A stretch of DNA of 45,650 bases from Syntrophales bacterium (GCA_035506495.1 DATJPI010000013.1:1-45650); one strand, 5' to 3'. Positions 7,579 through 17,325 are shown, counted from the stretch's first letter. Numbers and translations: made by a program. The notes: generated by a model from the letters alone, not told the origin.

Positions 7579-7649
7579 ACAGAATAAAAGGTTCAGCAGT
7601 CAAGTCCCTTCACCCTGAGCCTGCGAAAAATCGAAATCGGAAGGGTTCA

Positions 7650-7688
7650 ATAAGAAGGCCGCTCGATATGTCGGGCGGCCTCTTTTGC
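7650..7688. terminator. Bidirectional intrinsic terminator between the convergent small membrane gene and cysS
   Basis: AGGCCGCTCGA-TATG-TCGGGCGGCCT (7656-7681) forms an 11-bp stem with one T/G pair. It is followed by CTTTTG on the plus strand and by TCTTATTG on the minus strand. Confidence 0.6.
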
Positions 7689-7730
7689 TCTTCCCCTTTT
7701 TCCTCGATTCCCGCCTCGCGGATCTTGAAT

Positions 7731-9230
7731 CTATTGAGTCGTCTTCGACTCGATCATCCACGTCGTCGACGTTTTCGAATCCTTCAGGGCAATTCCCTTT
7801 ACGGCCAGTTCTCCACGGATTTCGTCGGCCCTTTTCCAGTTCTTTTCGGCCCGGGCTTTAAGTCGCTCATCGATAAGGGCCTCGATTTCATCGACCTGAA
7901 GCCCACGCTTTTCCGCTTCGCGCAACCGGTCCTTTTCGAAGAAAATGGCGGGGTCCTCCATCAGGATGCCCAGTACTTCCCCTACATCGCGGATCGTCCG
8001 CTCAGCTTCGTTGAGGACGAAAAGCGTCGGCGGGCTGGCCTTGAATCCGCCCGCCAGGTGAGCGTTCAACTGTCGGATCGTTTCAAAGAGGTGTCCCAGC
8101 GCGCGGGCCGTGTTAAAATCATCGTCCATTGCCTCCCTGAAGCGCACGGGTAGCGTCCGGATCTTCTCCAAAAGCGCCTTCTCTTTCGCCTGCAGTTGAT
8201 CCTCTCCGACCCGGATGGCCCCGAGCGCCGGGTCGGCGGCAAAGAGATCGCGGATCTTTTCGAGGGTTTCATAGAGACGATTTAAGGCAACCCGAGCCTC
8301 TTTCAGACCCTCCTCAGAGTAATCCAGAGGACTCCGGTAGTGGCTCTGCAAGACGAAGAAGCGAAGAACCTCGGGATGGTAGAGCTTGAGAATATCGCGA
8401 ATGGTGATGAAGTTTCCCAGGGACTTGGACATCTTCTCATGGTTCACCTTGATAAAGCCATTGTGCAGCCAGTACCTCGAAAAGGGCTTCCCCGAGGCGC
8501 CCTCGGACTGGGCGATCTCGTTTTCATGATGCGGGAAGATGAGATCCTCACCGCCCCCATGGATGTCGAAGGTCTCGCCGAGAAAGTGAGCGCTCATCAC
8601 GGAACACTCGATGTGCCAGCCCGGACGACCCTTCCCCCAAGGGCTTTCCCACCAAGGCTCATTTTCCTTGCTCGCTTTCCACAGAGCGAAGTCCAGGGGA
8701 TCTTTTTTCTTTTCTCCCGGGGCAATGCGGGCCCCCGCCGTCATCTCATCGAGGTTGCGGCCCGAGAGCTTCCCGTAGTCCTTGAACTTCTTCACGGAGA
8801 AATATACGTCCCCATCGACGGCATAGGCCAGATCGTTCCGAATCAGCTTGTTGATCAGCTCGATCATCCCGCCGATGTGTTCCGTCGCGCGGGGAGTAAT
8901 GGTGGGCCGCTCGATGCCGAGCCGGTCCATATCGTCGTTGTGCTCGGCGATGTAGCGCTCGGCAATCTCTCGAAACCCGACTCCTTCCCGGTTGGCCTTG
9001 GTGATGATCTTATCGTCGATGTCGGTGAAGTTCTTGACATAGGTGACCTTGTAGCCGCTGTAGCGCAGGTAGCGGGTGATGACGTCAAAGTTAATCGCCG
9101 ATCGAGCATGGCCCACGTGGCAGGTGTCGTAGACGGTCACCCCGCAGGCATAGATCCCCACGTGGCCCTCTTTGACGGGGACGAAGTCTTCTTTTCGGCG
9201 CACCAGGGTGTTGTAGAGACGAAGCGCCAT
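7731..9230 (-). CDS. cysS: Cysteine--tRNA ligase
   Basis: HVGHARS (HIGH motif) and KMSKSLGN (KMSKS motif) are present. The product is 499 aa. Confidence 0.95.
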   Translation of the reverse strand: MALRLYNTLVRRKEDFVPVKEGHVGIYACGVTVYDTCHVGHARSAINFDVITRYLRYSGYKVTYVKNFTDIDDKIITKANREGVGFREIAERYIAEHNDDMDRLGIERPTITPRATEHIGGMIELINKLIRNDLAYAVDGDVYFSVKKFKDYGKLSGRNLDEMTAGARIAPGEKKKDPLDFALWKASKENEPWWESPWGKGRPGWHIECSVMSAHFLGETFDIHGGGEDLIFPHHENEIAQSEGASGKPFSRYWLHNGFIKVNHEKMSKSLGNFITIRDILKLYHPEVLRFFVLQSHYRSPLDYSEEGLKEARVALNRLYETLEKIRDLFAADPALGAIRVGEDQLQAKEKALLEKIRTLPVRFREAMDDDFNTARALGHLFETIRQLNAHLAGGFKASPPTLFVLNEAERTIRDVGEVLGILMEDPAIFFEKDRLREAEKRGLQVDEIEALIDERLKARAEKNWKRADEIRGELAVKGIALKDSKTSTTWMIESKTTQ

Positions 9231-9272
9231 GGCATACCCTCCTTTGCTGGCAGCGGCACTCCCCGTATGTCG

Positions 9273-10310
9273 TTATGGGAAGAGGGCGATCATGTCCAGG
9301 GCCGCATCTTCCCGGAGGCCGCACATAAGGTTCATGCTCTGGACCGCCTGGCCGGAAGCGCCTTTCACGAGATTGTCGATGGCGGAAAGGATGATGACCC
9401 GGTTTGTCCGCGGATCCACAGACAGACCCACATCGCAGAAGTTGGTGCCCTTCACGGAAGAAACATTCGGGTACGTCCCCTTGCGCAAGACCCGGACAAA
9501 TCGCTCGCCTTTGTAGAAGTCAAGGTATAGATCAACCAGCTCGGCCGTGGAAATCGTTTTCTTGAGGCTTGCGTAGATCGTGCTGAGGATGCCCCGCGTC
9601 AACGGCAGCAGGTGGGGCGTGAAGGAAACCTTCACCTCCGAGCCTGCCAGCATGCTCAGTTCCTGTTCGATCTCAGGGCCGTGCCGGTGCTCGTTGACCT
9701 TGTAGGCCTTGAAGCCCTCGTCGATCTCGCAGAAAAGCGAGCCGATTGCGGGGTCCCGGCCGGCACCGCTCACCCCCGATTTCGAATCGATGATGATCGT
9801 AGCCGGGTCGATGATCTTTTCCCGCAGTACAGGCGCCAGCGCCAGAATGGCACTCGTGGGGTAGCAGCCGGGATTGGCCACGAGCTGTGCTTTTCGGATC
9901 TCGTCCCGGTAGAGCTCGGGGATCCCGTAGACGGCCTTCGTGGCAAGCCCGGGGGCAGAGTGCTTGTGGTACCATTTCTCGAAGACATCGAGATTGCGAA
10001 ACCGGAAATCGGCGGAGAGGTCAATCACTTTTTTCCCGGCTTCGACAAACGCCGGCGCGACGGCCATGGCCTCCCCGTGCGGCGTGGCCATGAAGATCAC
10101 GTCGGACATATCGGCGAGTTCCCCCGGCGATGCGTCGATGAAATGGATGTCCGTGAGGCCCTCGAACAGCGGGTAGGTTCCGGACAGGGGTTCACCTTTA
10201 AACTTGCGTGAGGTGAGCGCCGTCACTTTCACATCAGGGTGCCTCAGCAGGATCCGCATCAGCTCCAATCCCGTGTAGCCGCTTCCTCCGTAGATGCCGA
10301 CCCGAATCAT
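9273..10310 (-). CDS. argC: N-acetyl-gamma-glutamyl-phosphate reductase
   Basis: GGSGYTGLEL is the NAD-binding motif, and NPGCYPT carries the active-site Cys. The product is 345 aa. Confidence 0.95.
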   Translation of the reverse strand: MIRVGIYGGSGYTGLELMRILLRHPDVKVTALTSRKFKGEPLSGTYPLFEGLTDIHFIDASPGELADMSDVIFMATPHGEAMAVAPAFVEAGKKVIDLSADFRFRNLDVFEKWYHKHSAPGLATKAVYGIPELYRDEIRKAQLVANPGCYPTSAILALAPVLREKIIDPATIIIDSKSGVSGAGRDPAIGSLFCEIDEGFKAYKVNEHRHGPEIEQELSMLAGSEVKVSFTPHLLPLTRGILSTIYASLKKTISTAELVDLYLDFYKGERFVRVLRKGTYPNVSSVKGTNFCDVGLSVDPRTNRVIILSAIDNLVKGASGQAVQSMNLMCGLREDAALDMIALFP

Positions 10311-10328
10311 GGTATCCGTCCCTCCGCA

Positions 10329-10354
10329 TAAAAAAGGGGGTTCCGAGAACCCCC
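10329..10354 (-). terminator. Intrinsic terminator-like hairpin between rpsI and argC
   Basis: On the minus strand GGGGGTTC-TCG-GAACCCCC forms an 8-bp GC-rich stem followed by TTTTTT. The argC Shine-Dalgarno sequence GGAGGGA and its ATG follow within 20 nt. Confidence 0.6.
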
Positions 10355-10366
10355 TAGTCGTTTCGA

Positions 10367-10759
10367 TTAGCGCTTCGAGAACTGGAACCGCTTGCGGGCT
10401 CCGGGCTGGCCGTATTTCTTGCGCTCCTTCATTCGGGAGTCCCTCGTGAGAAAGCCGGCCTTTTTCAAGGCGGGCCGGAGTTCCGCGTCAAACTCGCACA
10501 GGGCTCTGGAGATTCCATGCTTGACTGCGTCCGCCTGACCGGCGATGCCGCCGCCGCCGACGTTGATGTAGAAATCGAACTTGCCCATCTGGTTGGTGAT
10601 TTCCAGAGGTTGCTGGATGATTTTCTTGAGGACGTCCCGTGTGAAGTAATCGTCGAAATTCCGGTTGTTGATCGTGAACACGCCGGATCCATCTTTCATC
10701 CAAACCCGGGCAACCGCCGTCTTTCTCTTTCCCGTCGCATAAATACGCTTGTCGGTCAT
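10367..10759 (-). CDS. rpsI: 30S ribosomal protein S9
   Basis: [13 protein letters not shown] near the N-terminus and the C-terminal [16 protein letters not shown]. Confidence 0.97.
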   Translation of the reverse strand: MTDKRIYATGKRKTAVARVWMKDGSGVFTINNRNFDDYFTRDVLKKIIQQPLEITNQMGKFDFYINVGGGGIAGQADAVKHGISRALCEFDAELRPALKKAGFLTRDSRMKERKKYGQPGARKRFQFSKR

Positions 10760-10782
10760 AACGACTCCATCTCCGGTCGATG

Positions 10783-11211
10783 TTACAGTTCAAGCAAATG
10801 AGGCTTCTGGGCGTCGTGGGGATGCTTGTCGCCAGCGTAGATCTTGAGCTTGCGCAGCATCTGCCGGCCAAGGGGGTTCTTGGGAAGCATGCCCTGCACG
10901 GCGCGCCGGATGAGTTCTTCGGGCTTCTTGGCCAGGAGTTTTCCCGCAGGAATGCTCTTGATGCCGCCCGGGTAGCCCGAGTGATGATGGTACATCTTGT
11001 CGGAGAGTTTCTTGCCTGTCAATGCGACCTTCGCGGCATTGATCACCACAACGAAATCCCCCGCATCGGCATGAGGCGTGAAGATGACTTTATGCTTTCC
11101 GCGAAGGCGGTGAGCAATCTCTCTGGCAAGCCGGCCCAGAACTTTTCCCTGCGCGTCGACGAGAAACCAGTCACGGTCGACGTCTTCCTTTTTGGCCATA
11201 AACGTAGACAT
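10783..11211 (-). CDS. rplM: 50S ribosomal protein L13
   Basis: [29 protein letters not shown] is a canonical L13 N-terminus. Confidence 0.97.
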   Translation of the reverse strand: MSTFMAKKEDVDRDWFLVDAQGKVLGRLAREIAHRLRGKHKVIFTPHADAGDFVVVINAAKVALTGKKLSDKMYHHHSGYPGGIKSIPAGKLLAKKPEELIRRAVQGMLPKNPLGRQMLRKLKIYAGDKHPHDAQKPHLLEL

Positions 11212-11244
11212 GGGTACACCACTTTGGTGAAATTCGAAAACGTG

Positions 11245-11273
11245 AGAATAGGCGACTATGCACTTTTTGTCAA
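11245..11273 (-). promoter_or_regulatory. Sigma70-like promoter for rplM-rpsI
   Basis: On the minus strand: TTGACA, a 17-nt spacer (AAAAGTGCATAGTCGCC), then TATTCT. It lies about 35 nt upstream of the rplM ATG. Confidence 0.5.
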
Positions 11274-11398
11274 GAGAAAAAAAGAGAAGTCTGGAAGGTT
11301 GAAATACGGGATTACCGGGATACTAGAGTTGCTTTTTCTTCAATCATTTCCGATTCTTCCACCACTTCATCACCACTTCCGCCCCCTCCTTAATACGT

Positions 11399-13702
11399 CT
11401 AGAAGCCGATCAGCTGTCTTCCGACCGAGGTCCCCCCGACGCGACCAAACCCGGTCAAGGAAAAGAGAACCGTGAATGTTCGGTCGTTTACCAGATCGGA
11501 ATAGCTCACCTGCACTCCCCAGCACTGGCTGCGGAACTCCAGGCCGATTGTTTTTTCCAGTGTTGCTCTGTCGAACAGGTTTTCCCGCAGCACCCCAAAG
11601 ACATCCAGGAAATTCGTCGCCCGGATGCGCCCTGCAAGGCCGGCAGACTCGAGAGAATTCTTTGTATAGCGGTAGACAAAAGCCAAGCTGTCGCCCCGTG
11701 TGTCATTCAGGCCGATATCCTGATTGAGCCTTGCCCAGGAAGTCGTGTTGACGTCGTAGGAAGCTCGTGTCGTAAATGACAGGTAATTGTAAGGATTGAT
11801 ATCTGCCTCCAGATCGATCGGCATAAAGGGTGCGCTGGGATCCGCAGGCAGCTGGGTGGGCGTCGGCGGCGGCACGATCGTAGAAGGAGTCGTCACGTAA
11901 ATGGTCGGCGTCGTGATGTTGTACGTCTGGCTCAGCTTCAGCCGGAAGATTTCGCGGTAGTTCACATTTCCCTTGTCGTCACTGAGCCGGGATATCAGGG
12001 TGTTCGTCAGCGCGTACGTGATACTGTTCATTGCATCGACGGAGGCGGGCACCCCCCCTACGGTCGTGCTGCCGACAGAGGACACGAAATCGGGTCGTGA
12101 AAGCTGGCTAGAGGAGGGAATGTAATTATACGTGATCTCGGGTTTCACGGCGTGGCGGATTTTCTGCACCTCACCCCAGCGGACATCAAATATGCGGAAG
12201 ACCTCGGTAGATGCGTTCAGTGCGAGCGTGTAAGCAGAGCGGCTCGAGGACATACCGGGTACTGCGGGATTGTTGCTCGTGGTATCCCAGAGTGTCTCCC
12301 GGACGCCCAGCTCGGGGGTGACGGTCAGATAGCTTCCGAAGGCCCAGGGCAGCGACAATTTCGGATAAATATCGAAGGCGGAACCCTTCAAGCCATAGTC
12401 GCGGTAGTAGTAACCGTAGAGGCTCGAAACCTCCCCGTTGAAGCGTGTGCCGAGGAGGGGCTGCTTGAAGCCGGTGAAGGTGACTTCCGGGTAGCGTTGC
12501 AGGGTCTCGGCATTGGAAGTCGTCGTCAGGTTTTCCGTATACTGTGTCAGAGCCGTCACATTGTAGTTCCGCCATTGTTTGACGAGGCGGGCCGTGGAGT
12601 CGTAGCTCGTGAGCTGTTCGTTTCCCACGAAAGAGATATTATTGAACTTGCGGGCGAGGCCCCCAGCATAGTGACTCATGTAGTAGTTGTGAGAATCGAA
12701 ATCCCGGAAATAGTAGATATCAGATAGCTTCATGAGGTCGGCCCGGAAGTAGAAACCAGGCTCGAACGTTGTCTCGTGATTCCAGTACCAGGACCAGCGG
12801 TCCTGCTTCTCCGTCCAGGTGCGGGGGACCCCCCCGAGGTTGTCCGAACCCGTCCACTGGTCTTTCAGAAAATCCCCGTAGAACAGGCCCCAGGTGCTCT
12901 GGCTCGGGTGATACCGAAACTCCGCTCCTTCCATCAATCCCCGCTTGTCCATGTAGCGCGAGTAGATTGTGGCGTCGTAGCTGTCCGAGATCGCCCAGTA
13001 GAAAGGGATTTCCACATCAAAGCCTAACTTCTCCTGCGAGTAGCCGAAGTAGGGAAACAGAAACCCTGACTGGCGTGTCGTCTTCGCGGGAAAGAGGGCC
13101 CAGGGGAGCCAGATCACAGGCGTGTCGCGAATCTGAAAGCTGCCGTTCTTCAGGGTGCCATAGCCGTCAATGGTGACATCCCCTTCTTTGCCCGTAAAGC
13201 GCCAATCCGGCAAGGGCCCGTCGCAGGTCGTGGCTGTGGCATCCTTGATGCGGTACGTCGCCTCGCCGTATTTCTCGATCTCGCTGCCCGTGACGTAGAG
13301 ATGATTTTTCAGGAAGAACATGCTCCCGTCGTGGGCCATGCCCTTCTTCGTCTGGATATTGATTTCGAGGATATCCCCTTCGAGAGTGTCTCCCTCGCTG
13401 AAAAGCAATGCATGCCCGTGAGCCCAGGCGTCGTTCGTCGTCCGGTTCAGGGTGACGGAGTCGGCTTTGAGGTAACCGCCCGTGAAGGTAATGACCACGT
13501 CGCCTTCCGTGCGATACGTGTCCGACTCCTGGTCGTAGATCAGTCGGTCGGACACAATATGAATGGGACCCTTCTCGGCCCTTTGAAGGTTGAGACCCTG
13601 CTGCCCCCCGGCAGGGGCGACCAGGAGAAGCACAACCAGGAGGGCAATCCAGGTCACCCGAACCAGATTTCCAAAGCCCCCTGTCTTAGGATCGCCGGCC
13701 AT
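11399..13702 (-). CDS. lptD: LPS-assembly outer membrane protein LptD (OstA family)
   Basis: The 767-aa product has a signal peptide (WIALLVVLLLVAPAGG), an OstA-like N-terminal domain (DRLIYDQESDTYRTEGDVVITFTGGYLKADSVTL) and a long aromatic-rich beta-barrel-type C-terminal region. Confidence 0.8.
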   Translation of the reverse strand: MAGDPKTGGFGNLVRVTWIALLVVLLLVAPAGGQQGLNLQRAEKGPIHIVSDRLIYDQESDTYRTEGDVVITFTGGYLKADSVTLNRTTNDAWAHGHALLFSEGDTLEGDILEINIQTKKGMAHDGSMFFLKNHLYVTGSEIEKYGEATYRIKDATATTCDGPLPDWRFTGKEGDVTIDGYGTLKNGSFQIRDTPVIWLPWALFPAKTTRQSGFLFPYFGYSQEKLGFDVEIPFYWAISDSYDATIYSRYMDKRGLMEGAEFRYHPSQSTWGLFYGDFLKDQWTGSDNLGGVPRTWTEKQDRWSWYWNHETTFEPGFYFRADLMKLSDIYYFRDFDSHNYYMSHYAGGLARKFNNISFVGNEQLTSYDSTARLVKQWRNYNVTALTQYTENLTTTSNAETLQRYPEVTFTGFKQPLLGTRFNGEVSSLYGYYYRDYGLKGSAFDIYPKLSLPWAFGSYLTVTPELGVRETLWDTTSNNPAVPGMSSSRSAYTLALNASTEVFRIFDVRWGEVQKIRHAVKPEITYNYIPSSSQLSRPDFVSSVGSTTVGGVPASVDAMNSITYALTNTLISRLSDDKGNVNYREIFRLKLSQTYNITTPTIYVTTPSTIVPPPTPTQLPADPSAPFMPIDLEADINPYNYLSFTTRASYDVNTTSWARLNQDIGLNDTRGDSLAFVYRYTKNSLESAGLAGRIRATNFLDVFGVLRENLFDRATLEKTIGLEFRSQCWGVQVSYSDLVNDRTFTVLFSLTGFGRVGGTSVGRQLIGF

Positions 13703-13708
13703 GTCCCG

Positions 13709-15040
13709 TCAAACCCGAGCCTTTCGATGAGTGAACAGGGGCCTCACCGCCCCCACGAGGTAGAGCGACCCTGCGATGCAGATCAGATCGTCCGCGCCGG
13801 CCACCTCCCGAGCCCTGACCACGGCATTCCGGGGATTTGTCGCGACCTCCACCCTGCGGTTCCAATGCATCGCCTCCGCAGCCAGGAGTTCGGGAGCCAA
13901 AGCCCGATCGTCCGGCGGCCGCGTCACAATCAGTCGATGGGCAAGCGGGGCCAGCCTGCGGATGATCCCCCGGTAATCCTTGTCGGCCAGGATCCCAATC
14001 ACCAGGATGAGTCTGCGGAACTTGAATTCCTCCAGGGCTCTCCGCAGGGCCGCAGAACCTGCCGCATTGTGAGCCCCATCGAGAAGAATCGTTGGGTGCT
14101 CCTCAACGACTTCCAGCCTCCCCGCCCAACGAACCGCCGCAAGCCCGAGTCGCACAGCCTCGTCAGTGATTGCAAAACCCTTTGTGCGAAGAATTCCCAG
14201 TGCCCCCAGAGCCAGGGCCGCATTTTCCCGCTGGTGAGGCCCTTTCAGGGCGAAGGACAGATTCTTCAGCTCGAGGGACGGTCCGCGAAAGTGGAACGAT
14301 CCTCCTTTTTCCGCACGCATCTGGATCTCGCGGCCAACACGAAGCAAGCGCGCTCCCTTTTCCCTGCACACCCTGTCGATGACTGCGACAACGGGAGCCT
14401 GTCTGGCTGCCGTGATGCAAATCCCTCCCCGCTTGATGATTCCCGCCTTCTCCCGTGCGATGTCTACGAGCCGGCTTCCCAGGTATTCGGCATGGTCCAT
14501 GGCGATGTTCGAAATGATGGAAAGCTCGGACCGGACAACATTGGTGGCATCGAGCCTGCCGCCCATCCCGACCTCGAGGACAGCCACATCCACCCGACAG
14601 CGGGCAAAATGAGCCACGGCAAGAGCCGTTGCAAATTCAAAATAGGTGACTCCCTCGCGATCCGCCCTGCGCACCCTCCCGATCAGATTGCAGAGGGGTT
14701 TCTCGCGGATCATGGCCCCATCGACTCGGATGCGTTCCCGGAAATCGACCAGGTGGGGCGAGGTGTAGAGTCCGACGCGATATCCTGCTGCCTGCAGGAC
14801 GGCGGCCAGGCTCGCGGCGATGGAGCCCTTGCCGTTGGTGCCTCCGACGAGAAGGCTCCGGTAACAGTCCTGAGGGTTCCCCAGCCGTTTGAGCAGCCGC
14901 TTGACGGGAACGAGACCCGGACGGATACCAGCACCTTTCAGGCGTTCGAGATAGGCAAGCGGGTCCGCGACCGGTGGCCGGTGAGCGGCAACCGGGGTTA
15001 AGGACTGTTTTCTTCTTGACCTGCTGCCCGCCACTTGCAA
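13709..15040 (-). CDS. folC: Bifunctional folylpolyglutamate synthase / dihydrofolate synthase
   Basis: VGGTNGKGS is the Mur-ligase P-loop, and DGAHN is present. The track start at 15040 is a TTG, so the exact start is uncertain. The stop lies 6 nt before the lptD ATG. Confidence 0.85.
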   Translation of the reverse strand: MQVAGSRSRRKQSLTPVAAHRPPVADPLAYLERLKGAGIRPGLVPVKRLLKRLGNPQDCYRSLLVGGTNGKGSIAASLAAVLQAAGYRVGLYTSPHLVDFRERIRVDGAMIREKPLCNLIGRVRRADREGVTYFEFATALAVAHFARCRVDVAVLEVGMGGRLDATNVVRSELSIISNIAMDHAEYLGSRLVDIAREKAGIIKRGGICITAARQAPVVAVIDRVCREKGARLLRVGREIQMRAEKGGSFHFRGPSLELKNLSFALKGPHQRENAALALGALGILRTKGFAITDEAVRLGLAAVRWAGRLEVVEEHPTILLDGAHNAAGSAALRRALEEFKFRRLILVIGILADKDYRGIIRRLAPLAHRLIVTRPPDDRALAPELLAAEAMHWNRRVEVATNPRNAVVRAREVAGADDLICIAGSLYLVGAVRPLFTHRKARV

Positions 15041-15116
15041 CCCCGGTCATTCGTCGGCGCAAGTTACCACAGCCATGACGAAAGGGGCAACCCCTTTGTG
15101 ACGCAGGAGTTCCCGT

Positions 15117-15155
15117 AAAATAAAAAAGGCCACGGGATAGTAATTTCCCATGGCC
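15117..15155 (-). terminator. Intrinsic terminator after the 86-aa EF-Tu-domain-like gene
   Basis: On the minus strand GGCCATGGGA-8 nt-TCCCGTGGCC forms a 10-bp stem with one G-U pair, followed by TTTTTTATTTT. Confidence 0.65.
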
Positions 15156-15256
15156 CTGTCACAGACCCTCGTTCCGCTTCGTGGGGCTTTCCGGCGTGGA
15201 AAGAATCAAACATGATTGCGCCCCCTGACGGGATGCGCCCCCGATCACCCGTCTGT

Positions 15257-15517
15257 CTAGTCGGGGATCACCTTGAAGACTTCATCCCCGGGCCTCACAC
15301 GGTCCGACACCTTCACCCCGATGTAGTCGCCCACGACGGCTTTTTCGACCTTCGCGTTGTTGACTTCCATGGATTCAATGATGTTCTCGAAGCTTGTCGT
15401 ATGACCAACAAGCTTGATCGTGTCACCCACTTTCAACTCGCCGGCAGTGATCTTGATTGCCGCAACGCTGGGCTTCGCGAAGAATTTTACGATTTCGCCT
15501 ATTTTTTCCTCTGCCAT
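15257..15517 (-). CDS. Small stand-alone beta-barrel protein resembling EF-Tu domain II (translation elongation factor-like protein, 86 aa)
   Basis: MAEEKIGEIVKFFAKPSVAAIKITAGELKVGDTIKLVGHTTSFENIIESMEVNNAKVEKAVVGDYIGVKV...PGDEVFKV shows the G-D-.-I ... G-D-.-V pattern of translation-factor domain II. The gene has its own terminator and an AAAGGGGGA Shine-Dalgarno sequence. Confidence 0.65.
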   Translation of the reverse strand: MAEEKIGEIVKFFAKPSVAAIKITAGELKVGDTIKLVGHTTSFENIIESMEVNNAKVEKAVVGDYIGVKVSDRVRPGDEVFKVIPD

Positions 15518-15558
15518 AAGTAAAATCCCCCTTTCTTCCAGTTGCCTTCTATCCTTTT

Positions 15559-15587
15559 TCCATATAATTTTTCACGTTGAAAATCAA
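15559..15587 (-). promoter_or_regulatory. Weak candidate promoter for the 86-aa gene
   Basis: On the minus strand: TTGATT, 17 nt, then TATGGA. Alternative -10 registers (TATATG) exist, so this is low confidence. Confidence 0.3.
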
Positions 15588-15655
15588 GCCTTTTGCCGGG
15601 TGGAGAAACATCCGGCATCCATCGCGACAATGAAAGGAGGCTTGACGCGGGACAT

Positions 15656-15690
15656 AAAAAAGGGCAGGGACGATCGTCCCTGCCCTTTTT
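15656..15690 (-). terminator. Intrinsic terminator ending the alpha operon (after rplQ); symmetric in form
   Basis: The perfect palindrome GGGCAGGGACGATCGTCCCTGCCC (15662-15685) is flanked by A6 on one side and T5 on the other. Confidence 0.75.
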
Positions 15691-15709
15691 CGTGTATCCA
15701 GGAGGATGG

Positions 15710-16264
15710 TTACTCTTTTTCGTCCTTGGCGGCCTTCTTCTTGGCTACAGCCTTCGGCGCCGCTTTCTTCGACTTGACCTCTTTCTCGGCCTTTGCGGCC
15801 TTTGGCTTGGCTTCCTTCTTGGCCTTGGGCTCCTTCTTCGCTTTCGGCGCTGCCGGGGTCTTGCCCTCTTTCTTGGCCTTCGTTTCCTTCTTTTCCTTCT
15901 TTCCGGCGGGCCTCGTAACCAGTTCGATGATGGCCATGGGGGCGCTGTCGCCGACACGGAAGCTCGTCTTCACGATCCTCGTGTAGCCACCCTGTCGGTC
16001 CGCAAAACGAGCCCCGATCTCGTCAAAGAGCTTCTTCACGACGTCTTTGTCCTGGATCACGGCCGCGGCCTGCCGGCGGGCGTGGAGGCCGCCCCGCTTG
16101 GCCAGTGTAATCATCTTCTCGGCTACACGCCTGAGTTCCTTCGCCTTGATATCGGTGGTTTCAATCTTCTCGAACTTCAGAAACGACGTCACCATATTTC
16201 GAAGCATGGCATCCTTGTGACTGGTCGTCCTGCCAAGCTTTCGTCCGCCTACACGGTGTCGCAT
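15710..16264 (-). CDS. rplQ: 50S ribosomal protein L17 with a roughly 67-aa Lys/Ala-rich C-terminal extension
   Basis: [24 protein letters not shown] is a canonical L17 start. The core ends near MAIIELVT. It is followed by [67 protein letters not shown]. Confidence 0.95.
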   Translation of the reverse strand: MRHRVGGRKLGRTTSHKDAMLRNMVTSFLKFEKIETTDIKAKELRRVAEKMITLAKRGGLHARRQAAAVIQDKDVVKKLFDEIGARFADRQGGYTRIVKTSFRVGDSAPMAIIELVTRPAGKKEKKETKAKKEGKTPAAPKAKKEPKAKKEAKPKAAKAEKEVKSKKAAPKAVAKKKAAKDEKE

Positions 16265-16323
16265 GGGGCACTATTCCTTTCCGATCAGATCCATCTCGGG
16301 AATCCCAAGATCTCCTGTGCGTT

Positions 16324-17325
16324 TTACTCGGCGCTTCCGGCCTCGTCCCTGCTCTTGGGAGGCCAGTCGACTTTCATGCCGAGGGAGAGTCCCATCTCGG
16401 AGAGGATTTCCTTGATCTCGTTGAGGGACTTGCGTCCGAAGTTGCGCGTTTTGAGCATCTCTGCTTCCGTTTTCTGGACCAGCTCGCCGATGATGTGGAT
16501 CCCGGCGTTCTTCAGGCAATTGGCTGACCGGACGGAAAGCTCGAGTTCGTCCACACTCTTCAGAAGGTTCTCGCCGAGTTTCTCGCTCTGCCCGGCCTCC
16601 TCCAGCACCTTCTCTTCTTCGATTTCTTCGAAGTTGATGAAGATGTCCAGCTGGTCCTTCAGGATCTTCGCCGCATAGGCAACACCATCCTGGGGCAGCA
16701 CGCTGCCGTCGGTCCAGACTTCGAGGACGAGTTTGTCAAAATCCGTGATCTGGCCCACACGGGCATGGCTCACGGTATAGCTCACCTTCTTGATGGGTGA
16801 GAAAATGGCGTCGATGTTGATGGTTCCTTCGGGCTGGTCGGGATCGCGCTCGCGCTTGGCCATGACGTAACCCTTGCCCATCTTCACGACCATCTCGGCC
16901 TTGAGCTTGCCACCGCTCGTAAGGGTTGCGAGGTAGTGGTCGGGATTGAGGATCTCGACATTGGCATCCGTGATAATGTCCCCGGCCTTGACCTGACCCG
17001 CCTTGGAGGCGTCGATCTTGATGGTCCGGGAGACATCGCCATGAAGCTTCAGGCGGACGCCCTTGAGGTTCAGGATGATGTCCGTCACGTCCTCCTTCAC
17101 ACCGGCAATGGTGGAGAACTCGTGCAGGACGTTGTCGAAACGCACGGACACGATGGCCGCCCCCTGGATGGAGGACAGCAGCACGCGCCTCAGGGAGTTC
17201 CCCAGCGTGATACCGTACCCTCGCTCAAGAGGCTGGACGGTGAATTCTGCATAGGATTTGCTGTGTGTCTTCTCATCAATCTCGATCCGTTTCGGCCGGA
17301 TCAGGCTGCGCCAGTTTCTCTGCAT
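16324..17325 (-). CDS. rpoA: DNA-directed RNA polymerase subunit alpha
   Basis: The 333-aa product has [25 protein letters not shown] and the C-terminal domain [17 protein letters not shown]. Confidence 0.97.
   Translation of the reverse strand: MQRNWRSLIRPKRIEIDEKTHSKSYAEFTVQPLERGYGITLGNSLRRVLLSSIQGAAIVSVRFDNVLHEFSTIAGVKEDVTDIILNLKGVRLKLHGDVSRTIKIDASKAGQVKAGDIITDANVEILNPDHYLATLTSGGKLKAEMVVKMGKGYVMAKRERDPDQPEGTINIDAIFSPIKKVSYTVSHARVGQITDFDKLVLEVWTDGSVLPQDGVAYAAKILKDQLDIFINFEEIEEEKVLEEAGQSEKLGENLLKSVDELELSVRSANCLKNAGIHIIGELVQKTEAEMLKTRNFGRKSLNEIKEILSEMGLSLGMKVDWPPKSRDEAGSAE

Noticed and set aside
11360-11379. Direct repeat CACCACTTC x2 (period 11) just downstream of lptD.
   Set aside because: It is too short and isolated to distinguish from chance, and it has no associated structure.
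15710-15913. Repetitive AAG/GCC/CTT-rich DNA that could be mistaken for a tandem repeat or CRISPR-like array.
   Set aside because: There are no regularly spaced identical repeats. The region is in frame with rplQ and encodes the Lys/Ala-rich tail.
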